Shown: positions 51,300 to 64,000 of the stretch, piece after piece
Layout: each line of letters opens with the position of its first letter
Position numbering within the stretch: position 1 is the stretch's first letter
Assembly (NCBI RefSeq): GCF_036321535.1
Contig: NC_087437.1
Coordinates: 13,890,001-13,954,000, forward strand
From: Camelus dromedarius
Taxonomy: Eukaryota
Direction of reading: 5' to 3'
DNA length: 64,000 nucleotides
Translations under genes and position numbers: made by a program
The notes under the pieces: model-generated
Databases searched by the model: none
What the model was told of the DNA's origin: nothing
The model's input: the letters and a program-made list of their open reading frames with translations, nothing else

Positions 51300-52555
51300 C
51301 ATGTGCATGACCCTGCTGGCTTTGCTCTTCCGCCCAGCTGCATGTCTGAAACATGCAATGATTTCTTTGTGCTTGTTCCCTCCTCTTTGAAAAACTTTCT
51401 TTATTTTGATTTTGGGAGTCCGTGTTCTCCTGGGTTTTCACCTTTACTGTCCATTCTTCCTTATTTATTCATTTTTCCTTTTTTCCCCAACTGTTAAATG
51501 TTGGCTGGTCCTGAAGGATCATCAGTTCTTGGACTTCTTTTCGTTTATATTTATCGCCTCAGTGATCTCATCCATTCTTGTGGTTTTAAATTTTTTTCTT
51601 TGCTCGTGGCTTCCAGATTTTTATCTACTGCTTAGACTTTCTTTCCTAGACTTCGTACTTTTATTCTAATATCTAATAATTAACTAGAATTTAGCTCTAA
51701 AACTGTTGTTTGTTTTTCCCTCGAAGCTACTTTACTTGAAGAGTTTCTGATTTTAGATAATGGCAGTTCTTTGTTTTCTAGTCAAAACCCTTGAAATTAT
51801 CTTTTTCTCATGCCCCCAAATTTTGTCAGCAAATTGTATTCAGTGCACCATCAAAATTTACCCAGAACCCAGCCCTCTTCCCTCTATATGATTGTAGCAA
51901 CATCCCTGCTTCTCTACCTTTGCCTCTTTACAATCTATTACCAACATAATCGCAGTGTGATCTTGTTATAATGTAAAGTAGATCATGTTACTTCTCTGCT
52001 CAAAGCCCTGTGGTGCTCCTATTGGTTCCCGAGTTACTTAGCAAAAGCCTGGGTCCTTAAAATGACTTACAAGACGGCATCTGCACCTCCTAAACCCAGG
52101 CATTATTTCTTTGATCTCATCTCCTAACATTCTCTCTCTTGCTTTGGCGCATTGGCTTCCCTGAAAATGCCAAATTCATGTTCTTGACTCAAGATATTTC
52201 TACTTTCTGTTCCCTCTGTCTAGAGTATTCTTCTGTCCAGATAGCTTCATTTTCTTCTGGTCTTTTCCTGAATGTCATCTGAGTGTGCCTTCTCTGACCA
52301 CCTTGTTTTAAAATGCATCCCTCTTCATAGACAGTCAGACAGACAGACACACATTGTCTCTATCCCCTTTCCCTGCTTCATTTCACTCTGTAGCACTTAC
52401 TATCACCCAACTACCATATATGTTTTACTTTTTGTCTGCTACTTCTATAAGGACAGAAGTTTTTGTTTGTGTATTGCTGCATCCCTGATGACTAGAGCAG
52501 TGCATGGCATGCACCTTGTATTCTTAGTAAAGAAAAGTTTAATGAATTGAAATTC
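51300..52555 (+). mobile_element. L2 remnant (3' ~1.2 kb)
   Basis: gatcatgttacttctctgctcaaagccct; ends ctagagcagtgcatggcatgc...aatgaattgaa. Confidence 0.75.
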
Positions 52556-53283
52556 AGAATTTATAGGAAAAAGTGAAATGGATATACATATATACATATG
52601 TATATTTGATTTTGTATAGTTTATATTTTTAGAAATCAGTCATTTTAGGCTTTGTAAAAAGAATTTTAATAAACTGATCAAAGAATTCCTTCTTACGATT
52701 GCTTGCAAATCTTTGCTTGAGACAAGCAGCATGAGTACAGGGGTCATGATGCTGTGCTGGCTCCTGATCATGGGCCACTTCCTCATGTATCACCCCCAGT
52801 ATGTGGCCTGGAGTAATTGGACATACAGAGAATGAATGCTGGATAAAAATGTACCATAAAATGTAGTTAATTGGGGGAGATGAAGGACGGCCTGAAGTAC
52901 CTTGTGTGAGGTGGGCGAACTGTACGATGTGGGACCATTTGCTTCTTGCTTGATTGTGGCCAGCCAGGAAGGGAATGAAGCAGAAATCCCTGAATGATGT
53001 TTTGGTGCTAATCTTAAATCTTCTTGGATACCATATAGTCCTGTTTTTATCAGCAAGTTTTACATTCATAAAATTGGTATGTAATCCTGACTCTTAACAT
53101 TTAAGTCATTAATAATAATGAATTACCAGATATTTTAGGAAATAATTTTTTTGTTCTTGTTAAAGCCTGTCTTATAAAGAAAAGAAAAAAGCTCTGAACA
53201 GAAAAATTTAAGAAGTGATTATGTGGAAATTGCCAAAAATCGATTGTAAACTAGAATAATGTAATTTGCTTTTATTAATAAAG

Positions 53284-53387
53284 GTTAAATATGAGTGCTT
53301 GGCAGAAGAAATCAAAATAGGAGACTATTACCTGAGATTACTGTTGGAGGAAGATGAGAATGAAGACAGTGGATCAATTAAGAGATC
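53284..53387 (+). CDS. DNAJC13: DNAJC13 exon 23: [35 protein letters not shown]
   Basis: aataaag|GTT ... TC|gtaagc; 104 nt. Confidence 0.95.
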
Positions 53388-53474
53388 GTAAGCTTCTCTT
53401 CATGTCTTGTTATGTTTGTTTTCACTATTAGTTTCATGGCTAATTCTCCTGTGAACTTTTTTTTTCAAATCTAG

Positions 53475-53634
53475 GTATGAATTTTTCAATGAGCTCTATC
53501 ATCGTTTCCTGCTCACCCCAAAAGTAAACATGAAGTGTTTATGTTTACAAGCCCTTGCTATTGTTTATGGCAGATGTCATGAAGAAATAGGACCTTTTAC
53601 AGATACAAGATACATCATTGGAATGTTAGAGAGG
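53475..53634 (+). CDS. DNAJC13: DNAJC13 exon 24: [32 protein letters not shown]...GMLER
   Basis: aatctag|G ... AGG|gtaagg; 160 nt; Asn855 codon at 53488-53490. Confidence 0.96.
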
Positions 53635-54870
53635 GTAAGGATATCATGAAAAGAAACTGCTATTTGGTAGTGTCATTGGGGTATATGTTCAATTTTCAAA
53701 ACTAAAATTAAATTCTGTTTGATTACACTGCTACCGTAACTTTCTACATGAGTTTTTCTATATTGCATATTATGCTTTTTTAAATATAAGTTAGATGAAT
53801 AGGAAAATAGTTAATGGGTTAGCATTTGTCCATGTCAGTGTATTTTTTTCAGTTGCTGCTTTTGAACGACTTTAGCAACCTATTTGCCAATCTTTAAGTA
53901 TGGATGAGCTGGACAGGTGTGTAAAAGAAATAGTGATTTTTAGAGTTGTAATTTTAAATGATGCTAGCATACTAAATTTCGAAGTGTGAAAGTAGTAAAA
54001 CTTTTTAGAACAAAAGTAGAAAAACTTTTGATAACCAAAAGAAAGGGATCCTTCAGTTAGCACCTTTTTTCCCCCCCTTATTTTAATTTAAGAAAGTTTG
54101 TCATTTAACACTTGAGCAAGGTGGGGGAAAGAACAAACTGATCAGTTCATCCATCATGCAGCTCCAAGTTGAGTATTACCTGTTACAGTGTATACACTTT
54201 ATTCTTTCGTTTGTGTTTGCATTCCTCTTACATTGAACAATTAAAATTTCAGTGAACTGACTTAGAACCATTTCACCAATTTTTAAAGTGATCTTCAGTG
54301 CTTGTTATAATTGCCTTAACTATCTTATGCTTTGTGGATTAGAAAACGGATTCTGAATAAATTCACAAAACACACCCAGGAAATAATCAGACGAAAATTT
54401 ATTGTTTGCTGTTACACCAGATCGCACTATTGAATTCTAATTCACTGTTACTCCAGTGAACCTGAGTACTGTGGCATAGCATTTGTATTGTAGTAAAATG
54501 CATTTTTCCTTCTTGTTTATGTTCATGATGATGTGATTTATATGAAACAGTAATTCTTTAGAATTTTTACTTAGTATCATTTGGGCCAATTCTTTCATTT
54601 ACTTCAATTTTCATATTTATTCTTAAAGCTACATATTAATCTTTTTATGACAAAATCACTATCTTTCTAGGGAAATTAGACAAGTTATATAAAATTACAA
54701 AGAATTTAAGACATTGAGGAATTGTAATAATTGACAGTCTTCTCTGATTGTCTTTGTTTAAAAGATGACTTTTATTTCTTATTGGCTGTTGATTGACTTT
54801 GTCCAGTGATGGTAATATCTTGCTTTGTGTTTCTATTCACTTCTAACTAAATTCTCATTTATTTCAATAG

Positions 54871-54933
54871 TGTACAGATAAACTTGAACGAGATAGGTTG
54901 ATCCTCTTCCTTAACAAGTTGATCCTTAATAAG
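54871..54933 (+). CDS. DNAJC13: DNAJC13 exon 25: CTDKLERDRLILFLNKLILNK
   Basis: tcaatag|TGT ... AAG|gtacag; 63 nt. Confidence 0.95.
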
Positions 54934-55409
54934 GTACAGTATTTTGCACAGGTGTTCTGTTATTTCCAAGTAAGTCACATGTGTATGTAACAAAGATTAA
55001 TAATTACAGTTTGGGTTAATTATCCGGACATGATTCTTACCTTTTCTTCTCAGATCAGAAAGCTCTATGCAAAGATTTTTAAATAAAGTAAAGTGAATAA
55101 GTCCTAGGAAAACTTAATTTAAATTATAATCTCTTTCTAACTTTTAAGAACTTACCAGTTTTTATCTTGTTTACAAAAACAAACTGGAACATCAAAAAGT
55201 TTTTTAATGTACTAGATTTTATTTCTGATTGTAGAATAACCTGTTTATTAACAAAAAGGCCTTGCAAAATGCAGGGTAATTTTAGAACCATAGAATTTAT
55301 CATGACTGCTATTCTCATCAGGCTTTAATTTGTTTATTTTTATTTTATTTTGTTCAGAATATATGTAAGTAAAAATCTTTTATGTGATCTCTCTGTAATA
55401 TAGTTCTGC

Positions 55410-55461
55410 CCTTTTAATCTTTATCTAAATATATGCCTTTTAATCTTTATCTAAATAAATG
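55410..55461. repeat. 26-bp tandem duplication
   Basis: CCTTTTAATCTTTATCTAAATA(T/A)ATG x2. Confidence 0.9.
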
Positions 55462-55611
55462 AATACAAAATCTTGAAAATACCAAGTAATTATAGTTGTG
55501 TGTCAGTTTTTTCAAAGAGATTCCAAATAATTCTCTTCTTGGAGAGCCTTTTAGGTAGTAATATCCATTGGAAAGATTTTAGGTGATGTAAACAATGTTT
55601 TTGTCTTCCAG

Positions 55612-55713
55612 AAAAATGTTAAGGACCTCATGGATTCAAATGGAATCAGAATCCTTGTGGACTTGCTCACCCTTGCGCATCTCCATGTGAGCCGAGCTAC
55701 TGTACCGCTGCAA
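55612..55713 (+). CDS. DNAJC13: DNAJC13 exon 26: [34 protein letters not shown]
   Basis: cttccag|AAA ... CAA|gtaagt; 102 nt. Confidence 0.96.
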
Positions 55714-56284
55714 GTAAGTGTGTTTGTCTAGGTTTTACAAGTTTAACATTCTTTGAGTATGAATTTAGGGTCAAAAGACTCATAAAAACCTCAAAATATG
55801 TCAGTATGTGTGGTCTTGAATGTGTTTCTCCAATATATTATTGTGGTAGTACTGATGTCTGGGAGATTGTCACACATTCAAAAAGTGAAATAACCAAGAT
55901 GGACATTGATGAGTTTTATTTTTCTGATGTATCTTTTGTCTTTTAAAGTAACTAAATCTCTAATGTGACTTATTTTGAGGCAGTGTGTCCTTCAGGATTT
56001 AAACTGAACCCGTCATTTGTGAAATAACTAGAACTGTTAGCATTGAAACCAGCCAGGAACAGGACAGAGTTGCAAGTCTCTACTGAAAGGCCCCTTCTGA
56101 CACCTAACTTATAGAAGGGATCTGTACTTAGCTCACTGATGATTATTTTGTTTTTAATGTTACTTTTTGTGTAATCTCCTTATTCTAAGAGATGTGTCAT
56201 ATTTTGGCAAAATTGTGATTACCAAATATTGAATACTAGGATATGACATTTTCTACTATCAGGTATAGTAACTATAATGGTTTG

Positions 56285-56480
56285 TATTATATTACAGAGT
56301 ACCAGGTACTATTCTGGTACACATAATATATTAACTCTTTAAGTCCCCCAACAGCCTTCCCATTTTACAGATGAGGAAAGTGAGAAACAGAGAGGCTAAG
56401 TATATTGCCCACAGTCACCCAGTAAGGGAGAGAATCAGAGTTAGAACCCAGAAGTCTGTGCTCTTAACCATGCTCCTATA
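56285..56480 (-). mobile_element. MIR SINE remnant
   Basis: cccattttacagatgaggaaagtgagaaacagagaggctaagtatattgccc core. Confidence 0.8.
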
Positions 56481-57099
56481 CCTCTCTATATGAATCTAAC
56501 TGAAAGCTGACAGTAATAAGGGTATTTAAGATCATGCTTTAATAAAAATACTAACCACATAAAAATCCTATACTGGATTCTTATAAACATGGATATATAA
56601 AATGATCTGTCATGAGAGTAGTAGATTGAAAGTAAGTATTTAAAACCACTAAAAACTTTCCTGTTAGCATTTTAACTCTTCGATCTCAGGTATTTATTGA
56701 AACTTACTTGGAGTGAGTTTTTTTCCCTCAAAAGAACTTTAATATTTTGATCATTGTGATTTAGGTTAATGATATATGTTTAATGATATAGCTATTTGCA
56801 ATATTCTTGTCTACTAAAATTTTAGTGCCCTGAGAATGTTTTAAATTTAGATGTCTTTAAATTTAGCTTAAATTGCCAAGTGAATTTAGGAAACTGTTTA
56901 CTTCAGATACATAATAAGGAAGTAGCTTTTTCGGACTATGAGGTTAGGCAGCTAATCCTTAACTCTTAAAATCACTTAAAATTGTATTTAGATGGATTTC
57001 TAAAGAAATACAAACTCAAATTGTACTGTGTAACTTTTTATGACATCTGCCCCCTTAGGTTTCTGCCTTGAAAAATAACTACATCTTTTTAAAATTTAG

Positions 57100-57204
57100 A
57101 GCAATGTAATTGAAGCTGCTCCAGACATGAAAAGAGAGAGTGAAAAGGAATGGTACTTTGGCAACGCAGACAAAGAAAGGAGTGGCCCATATGGATTTCA
57201 TGAG
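57100..57204 (+). CDS. DNAJC13: DNAJC13 exon 27 (start of GYF_2-like domain): [35 protein letters not shown]
   Basis: aatttag|AGC ... GAG|gtatat; 105 nt. Confidence 0.96.
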
Positions 57205-57937
57205 GTATATGTCTTAGAGAAACTTTCTGTGGAAGTCTTAGCCTTTCTTATGGCCTCCTGCTTTAGCACATGTAGAGGTGTGGAACTGATTTAAATTACT
57301 GTCGTCAGCTCCAAGGGCTCTGCCATTTCATTTCCACACACGCACACGCACATGCACACACGCATGTCTTTAAACTTTATTGTTTAAAAGCTGTTGCATA
57401 TGGAGGTAACACTCAGATTTTTATTGAATTTTATGTAAAAGTTGCTACGTGAATAATTATGTCAAGCCATAATGCTTCTATATTCTGTGAACAGGTAATG
57501 TTTAATATGGAGTCTGAAATTCATTGAAAATTGCCTGTACAGTCCAAGGACAGTTTCCATCTTAACACCTGCTAATGTTTGATCCTACCCTCCCATCTTT
57601 GGCTTCCCAGGCTTAGTTGGAATTTAGTCAAAGATAGTTTTATAGAAGACGAAGCCTTCTGCTTATGTATTATTTGGTTGTTTTACACTCTACCTACCAT
57701 TTTTATTCTTTGGTATTCCTTATGCTTTGCAGTTTGACAAGCTAAATGATTATTTTCTTACATTAGTAGCCAAATTTATGCTCCTGAGGCCTGTCTGTAA
57801 GTTTGTTGTTATCTAATAGTGACCTTGCATGTTTACTTCAGTTTAGTTTGTATTTACTGTAAAATAAAAAAAAAAATTAACAAACCTTTTCATTTTGTTT
57901 TGTCTGTTTGGAAAAATGATGCCTTCCATTCATTTAG

Positions 57938-58140
57938 ATGCAAGAATTGTGGGCCAAAGGAATGTTAAATGCAAAAACCAGATGCTGGGCTCAAGGCATG
58001 GATGGATGGCGACCACTTCAGGCAATACCCCAGCTTAAGTGGTGTCTATTAGCCAGTGGACAGGCTGTACTAAATGAAACTGACCTTGCTACCCTTATAT
58101 TGAACATGTTGATCACAATGTGTGGATATTTTCCAAGCAG
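57938..58140 (+). CDS. DNAJC13: DNAJC13 exon 28: [35 protein letters not shown]...GYFPSR
   Basis: catttag|ATG ... AG|gtaaaa; 203 nt. Confidence 0.96.
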
Positions 58141-59215
58141 GTAAAATGTAATTGAACATTTCCATGGTTAACAGGGGACTCTAAAACTCTTTTCCTCCCC
58201 ATTTGTATGGGTGCTTGCGTGGTTATGGCATGGGATTTATTCTGGTGATTTAAAGCAAAGATATTCTATTTGTGGCCTTAAGGGAGTACTGTTTTGAATT
58301 TTGGAGTTTTTTGAAACAGGTATAAAGAAAGAAATCGCAAATTGTATTGATAAAATGCTGAATTAAAGCAGCTTTCCCTGGGAAACTTCAAATGTTACAA
58401 AACTGAGGCTTACTAGCTATACTCTTAGCAGCAGTAACACTTGTCATATTCATGTGAGTCAGGTATGAAGAATTTGAAATAAACACAGTGTAGTTCACAG
58501 ACAGTGATGAGTCCTGGCTTTTGATCTGTCAGGCTAGCCCCTCCTGGTTTAAGAACTAGACCCACGTCTTGCTACACTTGACTAATGAAGGTGAAAGTGT
58601 TACCCAGTGATAGCTGTAATTGTAACCCTTGCATGGAACTTTGCAATCTTTATAAAATATTTGCATATACATCATCTTACTATTAAACTAAAGATATTTT
58701 GTGATGGAATTTACTGAGAAATTGTCAGTTTTATAACAGTCGAGGCTTTCACAGTTCCAGTTCTCTTTAAAATTCAGATCAGGCTTGAAACCATACAATT
58801 AATGTTTATGGAAGTACTGTAGGATTCAAATTAAGGCTACGCTTGGAAATTACTGAGAGCAGTTAAATTAAGGTTTAAATTTATGTGACAAAATTTGATG
58901 TGCCCTTTGGGGGGAGTAGCCAGACAGTGTGTTGGACAACACCAAGTTTAATCAATTAAATAATAAATAAGAGTCTTTGGCTCTTCTAGGGTACTGTTTT
59001 TCAAGGAAATCTAATGGAAGGAAATGAAGTCATATTAAACAGCCAAATAGATTTAAACCAAAATACCTAATCATGTTCCCAGCTGTATGAGAGCTTAGTC
59101 TTCATTAACAAAAAAAGTAAGGTAACATGCTTCATGCCTAGTAGAATGTCATATGCGCTGAACATACAAATTTTAATAAATATATTAAATGTTGACCCTA
59201 GAAAATATTTTCTAG

Positions 59216-59300
59216 GGATCAAGATAATGCCATCATTCGGCCTTTACCCAGAGTGAAAAGACTGCTGTCAGACAATGCTTGCCTTCCCCATATTATTCAG
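59216..59300 (+). CDS. DNAJC13: DNAJC13 exon 29: [28 protein letters not shown]
   Basis: tttctag|G ... CAG|gtaggt; 85 nt. Confidence 0.96.
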
Positions 59301-61960
59301 GTAGGTGCCTTTTACGTTATGAAATTAGGAACAATATTTTAAGGATTATTTTCTCTTACTTAGTTTTATTATGAGCCGCAGTCTTTCTTTTATTGTAGTC
59401 TCTTCCATTTTCAAAAAGTGAACCCCAAGTTGCACTTATTTCACTTACTCCTAATCGAGTTGATATTCTGAGTATACTGTGGAAGGTTGTATATCCAAGA
59501 GCCTAAGCACAGGACACCTCCAGGGTTATTCTCCAAAGGTTTTATTTTTCACTTGTCCTTAAAGTCACACCATTATAATGACTTAAAGGTGACACGCGCC
59601 AGTCTGTGGTGCGTGTTGGTGTTAGGGATGCTGGGCGCACACCAGCAGACCACAGGTGTGGACGTAGTGGGTTATATCTTAAGAAATAATCACAGCAGTC
59701 TCGTCAACTTGCCTTCGGGTTTCACTCTTCTCCGTTTTCTGTTTTCAAGGTTAGCAACTGATCCAAAGCACTGAGTTGGAATTATGTAAGATGTACTCAA
59801 GTATCTTCTTTTTTCTTATTATTCTGCTCTTTGGAAATTAAGGTACCTAAACTCCAGATGAACCCTAAGTCAGGACCCAGAGATTTCAGGGCAATATTTT
59901 CCTCCTGTCTATGGATTATTCTGTTGTCAGATCTAATTTTATATATATATATATTAACCACACGTGGTGTGACTTTAAAATTCATGTCAGTTACCTGTGC
60001 TGTTTGTATCCATCAGTTGTATACTGGTGTGAAAAGGGAGAGGAGAGTTACTCAGTTTGTATATTTTTACATTCACGGATGTGGAGGTGCCTGTTTAACT
60101 CCCTGGTAATGAAAAAGCCTCCTGAATATGACACTGACATTGCCCTCTCAACTTCTGAAACATTTCCCCCAACTTCTGTTATTTAAACATTTACACGCTT
60201 TTCTACTGTGGGTATCTCTGATAGGAGGTTTAAATGACAGAGCACTGCAGTTACGTCTTATAGCTCACCACCACTGCAGCCGAGGGGACCCTGCAGCTGT
60301 GTGTGTGAGGTGGTGTAAGGAGAGGGGTTTGGTTTTTATCCTGGCCCTTTTCAACATGCAGATAAAGGATTGTGCCTAAAAAACCTACCTGTCCCATACA
60401 TTTTTCTAAGGCTTATGAAATTGAAAGGAAAGAAGTACATGCAAATGATGTTGAATTTCAGGCCAGGAAGGGATGACTAAAATACAGATTTTAGAAGATA
60501 TGGTCAGTGTAACATGAAGCTTTGGGGATTAACCAAGAGTTTTTAGTAATATCTGAACAATTAAAATGATTAAAGAGAAGAAATCTATTGATAAACCTGG
60601 CTACTTTTAATAATACATGCCTCCCATATTTTTTATACTGATTTCAAAACATAGTTTTTAGAAGCTATTTTTGATTTTACTTAATTTTCTGTACTTTAGG
60701 AAGCCTTATTCTTGCTAAGCACGGTTAGGCAGCTGTAGTGGTTTAGGGGGATATTACCTACATTGCTTGGTACAGGTTTCGGTACATCATTCAACTTTAA
60801 AAGCAATCACCAGTTTTACCATCTGATACAGCTCCAGAATATTAAGAGTGGTCTCCAAATGCAGTGAATGATACAGTGAGTGAATGGTCTAGGTTTTCTG
60901 TAGACACAGTTTCTGAGTTGTTGCCTTCATTCGCGTATTTTTGTTAAAGTGATGTCAAGTCTTGAACTACAAACACTATTTAACACTAGGGACAATCCTG
61001 TTATTGCATCTTAATTTTTCTTTTGTAAAATATTTCATAATACTAAACAATCTAAATATCTTGTTAAACAGATAAGATGCCAAAACACAGAGAAATTTAA
61101 ATTATTTATTTGAAAGACACACTGCTGTTCAGTCTCACACTCTGAATCGAGAACTTTGACCCCCTGATCTGAGCTAGCACTTGCCCTCATTATTGTAAAC
61201 CTTTTTACTAGTAGCATTTGACTTCAAACTAGGGAGTCTTCAGAAGTAAGTATTGACACAAAATCGAAACGCCATTTTAATTAAGATAAAACTAACATTT
61301 CTTTGTCACGTGTTTAGTCATAGCAATACTGCATTGTGCTTTACTAGTCCAAATTCATTGCCGTGATCCCAGGTGGTCCTTTAGTATTGCTAGCTCAGAT
61401 TTCTAGAGACCACATCCTTTAGTACTTTGTGGTAGTAGAAGTTTGTGTCCTGTAACCCTTTTGCCTTCCACCTGCACTTACAGGTCTGGTTTTCAGTGCT
61501 GTTTCACTGAAAGCTGTTCTCTGATCAGCTCTTTGAGTTTTCAAGTAGTCTTCAGGGAATGCTTCGTTTCAACCCAACTGACCTAAAACAAACCCAAAGT
61601 GTAGCTGCTTTTATTTTTCCTTTTGTCATTAACAAAGAAGTCGATCCAGGAAAATACCTGCACAGGAAGCAGTTTTACCTGTAATCATGACAGAACAGCT
61701 TCAGGCATGTTTGGGCTTTTTCTGAATAAGTTTTGATCAATTCTCAATATTTTTCTCTGTGTTAAATGTTGTAAAATAAATCATTTTTAAATTGTTGAGA
61801 GCCTGGTAGACAAGCATACAGAATCCCACTGATTCTTATTTTGCAACTTACTATGTATAAGAAACTATAACCTCAGCACATGAAATGCACAAGCCTAAGA
61901 TGATTGATACTGCAAGTTGTTTACAACCCAGTAACAAAAACATTTTATTTTGTTTTTTAG

Positions 61961-62115
61961 CTCCTGTTGACTTTTGACCCTATACTTGTTGAGAAGGTTG
62001 CTATTTTGTTGTACCATGTCATGCAGGATAACCCACAGTTACCTCGTCTTTATCTTAGTGGAGTGTTTTTCTTTATCATGATGTACACAGGTTCCAATGT
62101 GCTTCCTGTTGCTCG
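61961..62115 (+). CDS. DNAJC13: DNAJC13 exon 30: [52 protein letters not shown]
   Basis: ttttttag|CTC ... CG|gtaaga; 155 nt. Confidence 0.96.
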
Positions 62116-62612
62116 GTAAGAGCTCTAATGAGAATTTATTTTAAGTGATTTGAATTGTACATGGACAGATTATTAAATTTTTTATAAGTACATCATTGCT
62201 TTTATTAAAATTTTCATTATACAAGCTATTTATATGTCTGAAAATTTGAAAATTAGAAGAATAGGGGAATTCAGAATAACACTACCATATCTAACACAAG
62301 AATTATATCATCTAGTAGTTAAATCTTCCAAATGTAATATAACTATATTCACATTATATATGCAGTTTTACATTTGCTCAATTTTAAGAAGATAAATTTT
62401 TTCAATTTCATAATTTTAGTATGACCATAATTTAAAATTTTTTTCTAAGTAAGTTTTTACCTTAAATGGAAGTAAGCAGTTTGGAAATACGGATTTACAA
62501 GTTGCCTTTTGTGACTTTTATTTATATATAAAAAATATGATCTTAGAAAAGTAAGGTTACTAAATCTAAATCAGTTGCCTATATGTGCTAAGTATTTTTT
62601 TTTTCCTCCTAG

Positions 62613-62658
62613 ATTTTTGAAATACACACACACCAAACAGGCTTTCAAGTCAGAAGAG
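62613..62658 (+). CDS. DNAJC13: DNAJC13 exon 31: FLKYTHTKQAFKSEE
   Basis: cctcctag|A ... GAG|gtaagc; 46 nt. Confidence 0.95.
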
Positions 62659-62734
62659 GTAAGCCAGATTAGTCCTCTGAATATGTAACTTAACAGTGGG
62701 TAAGCTATCTTGACACTAGAGTTTCCTGAGTTGT

Positions 62735-62850
62735 GTATGTTCACTAGATTATAAGCACTTGAGGGCAGGTATTGTTTTATTCTTTTTTTTATATTCCTTG
62801 TAGTACCTTGTGCATAGAAAGTCTAAACTAATTTTTTTAATGAAAAGAAA
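62735..62850 (+). mobile_element. L2 3' tip
   Basis: cactagattataagcacttgagggcagg...gtaccttgtgcatag. Confidence 0.6.
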
Positions 62851-64000
62851 TGTTGCCTTTAGACTTAACATTGAAATTGTAGATATGAATTATCGCCTGA
62901 CATTGCTGTAAATATAATTTTACCTCTGGGTAAAATTTATCTTAGTAATTTTCATAAATGATTCAGTATATAACCGAGTCTCATATAGTCAACTAAGACT
63001 CAGTAAGACGTCAACCTTGTTTTTGTTCAGATCCCAATGTAGCAGAAGTGCTAAGCTTCTTTTTTGAAGCTAGTTAATTTTTCAAGTGCCCTGAAGTGTT
63101 CTTGCCATTTTACTGAGGGGGAAAAGTAGGAATCCAAAAAAAATGCAAGTACCTTTGACAAAATATAATTTTACACCTACATTTTGCAGAGATATTTATT
63201 GTAAACACATAACTGAAGGGTGTTTAAAATTTGGTTAGACTTTTCATGGAGCGCTGATTGGCAAATTTTATTGAGAGCAGAAGAATGAACCAAAATTAGA
63301 TCACTGTGTAAGAGACTAACCAAGGAGTGTTACACCACTTTGACAACAGATGCTGGACCAAACTGTCTGTTCTATAGAGTAGCCATTTAAGCCCGAGAAA
63401 GTAATCTGTCTGTCTAATAATATTGAAGTGATGACCTTAGAAGTATGATCTTCTTAGCTTTATAGAAATAGAAAATATAAAAAGGGTTTTTTAAAAAATT
63501 TGCGTCTAATGCCACCACCTTAATGTTAACATTAGGCATTTTGGGCATTCTTTTTTCCTTTCCTTTTTTTCTGTGCAGTTACACATATGTAATTTTTTTT
63601 TCAGATTTTATAATATGAGAAACTACATATGTCATTTCACTCAACAATATTTTGAATAATTACAGCAAAACAGTGTTTATTGATAGCAGAACTCTGGATG
63701 TAGGAACTACCTAATAACAGTGTCCTAAAGAGCAGAACAGTTCTTCACCTAGAAGTTTAATAGAAGTGAATTTATGGCTTTTATTAGTAAAAAGCCTGAA
63801 AATATTCATTGTCTAAATGTGTATTTGCCCTCAGTGGTAAAACCATGTCTGGGTTTTTTTCCCCTCTTTGTCAGATCCTAGAGGAATTTGCCTAGAAGGA
63901 AATAAGAAAAGTATTTATAGTCTTCAGGATTTTTTTCCATCAGCTAAAGAAATGAGTTTCAAATTTTAGTTTGATAAAGTATGAACATTACCCTGACTCC

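Larger units (their letters stand above)
1..64000 (+). other. DNAJC13: DNAJC13 / RME-8 gene, partial (intron 1 to intron 31; both ends outside the window)
   Basis: 30 exons with consistent phases join into one ORF starting [26 protein letters not shown]. Cumulative numbering places AAT (Asn) at codon 855 in exon 24, as in human. Confidence 0.98.

Noticed and set aside
52629..53069. 146-aa antisense ORF
   Set aside because: No recognisable protein features or gene context. The underlying 52700-53000 stretch is unclassified, but I cannot support a call.
60262..60316. Hairpin CACCACC...CTGCAG...CTGCAG...GGTGGTG
   Set aside because: Short stems with a large asymmetric bulge; compatible with chance.
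1..64000. CRISPR array, prokaryotic system, intronic snoRNA or retrocopied gene
   Set aside because: No regular repeat-spacer structure. I recognised no C/D or H/ACA unit and no processed pseudogene. A weak ncRNA could be missed without an Rfam/Infernal search.

Overview
AT-rich mammalian genomic DNA, most likely from a camelid, judged from tRNA-Ala-derived Vic-1-like SINEs and a young L1 3' end. The window lies inside one + strand gene, DNAJC13 (RME-8). I read 30 constitutive coding exons (exons 2-31 in human numbering, 6722-62658). They splice into an uninterrupted 3468-nt frame (1156 codons) covering the N-terminal PI(3)P-binding region, an IWN motif and a GYF_2-like domain. Exon 1 and the exons for the J domain and C-terminus lie outside the window. 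The introns are mostly L1, L2, MIR, CR1, hAT and SINE remnants, and nearly all ORFs in the supplied track are repeat-derived or spurious. Notable observations: a 15-nt in-frame microexon (DRNNM), a GC-AG intron, an L1 insertion with a 3' transduction and a perfect TSD, a four-layer nested retroelement stack with a junction deletion in intron 9, a microinversion inside an old L1, a (UG)24 tract beside a donor site and a CpG-rich hairpin. I see no convincing evidence for a wholly new multi-gene system. Repeat subfamily names are from recall of consensus sequences, and repeat boundaries are approximate unless a TSD is given.
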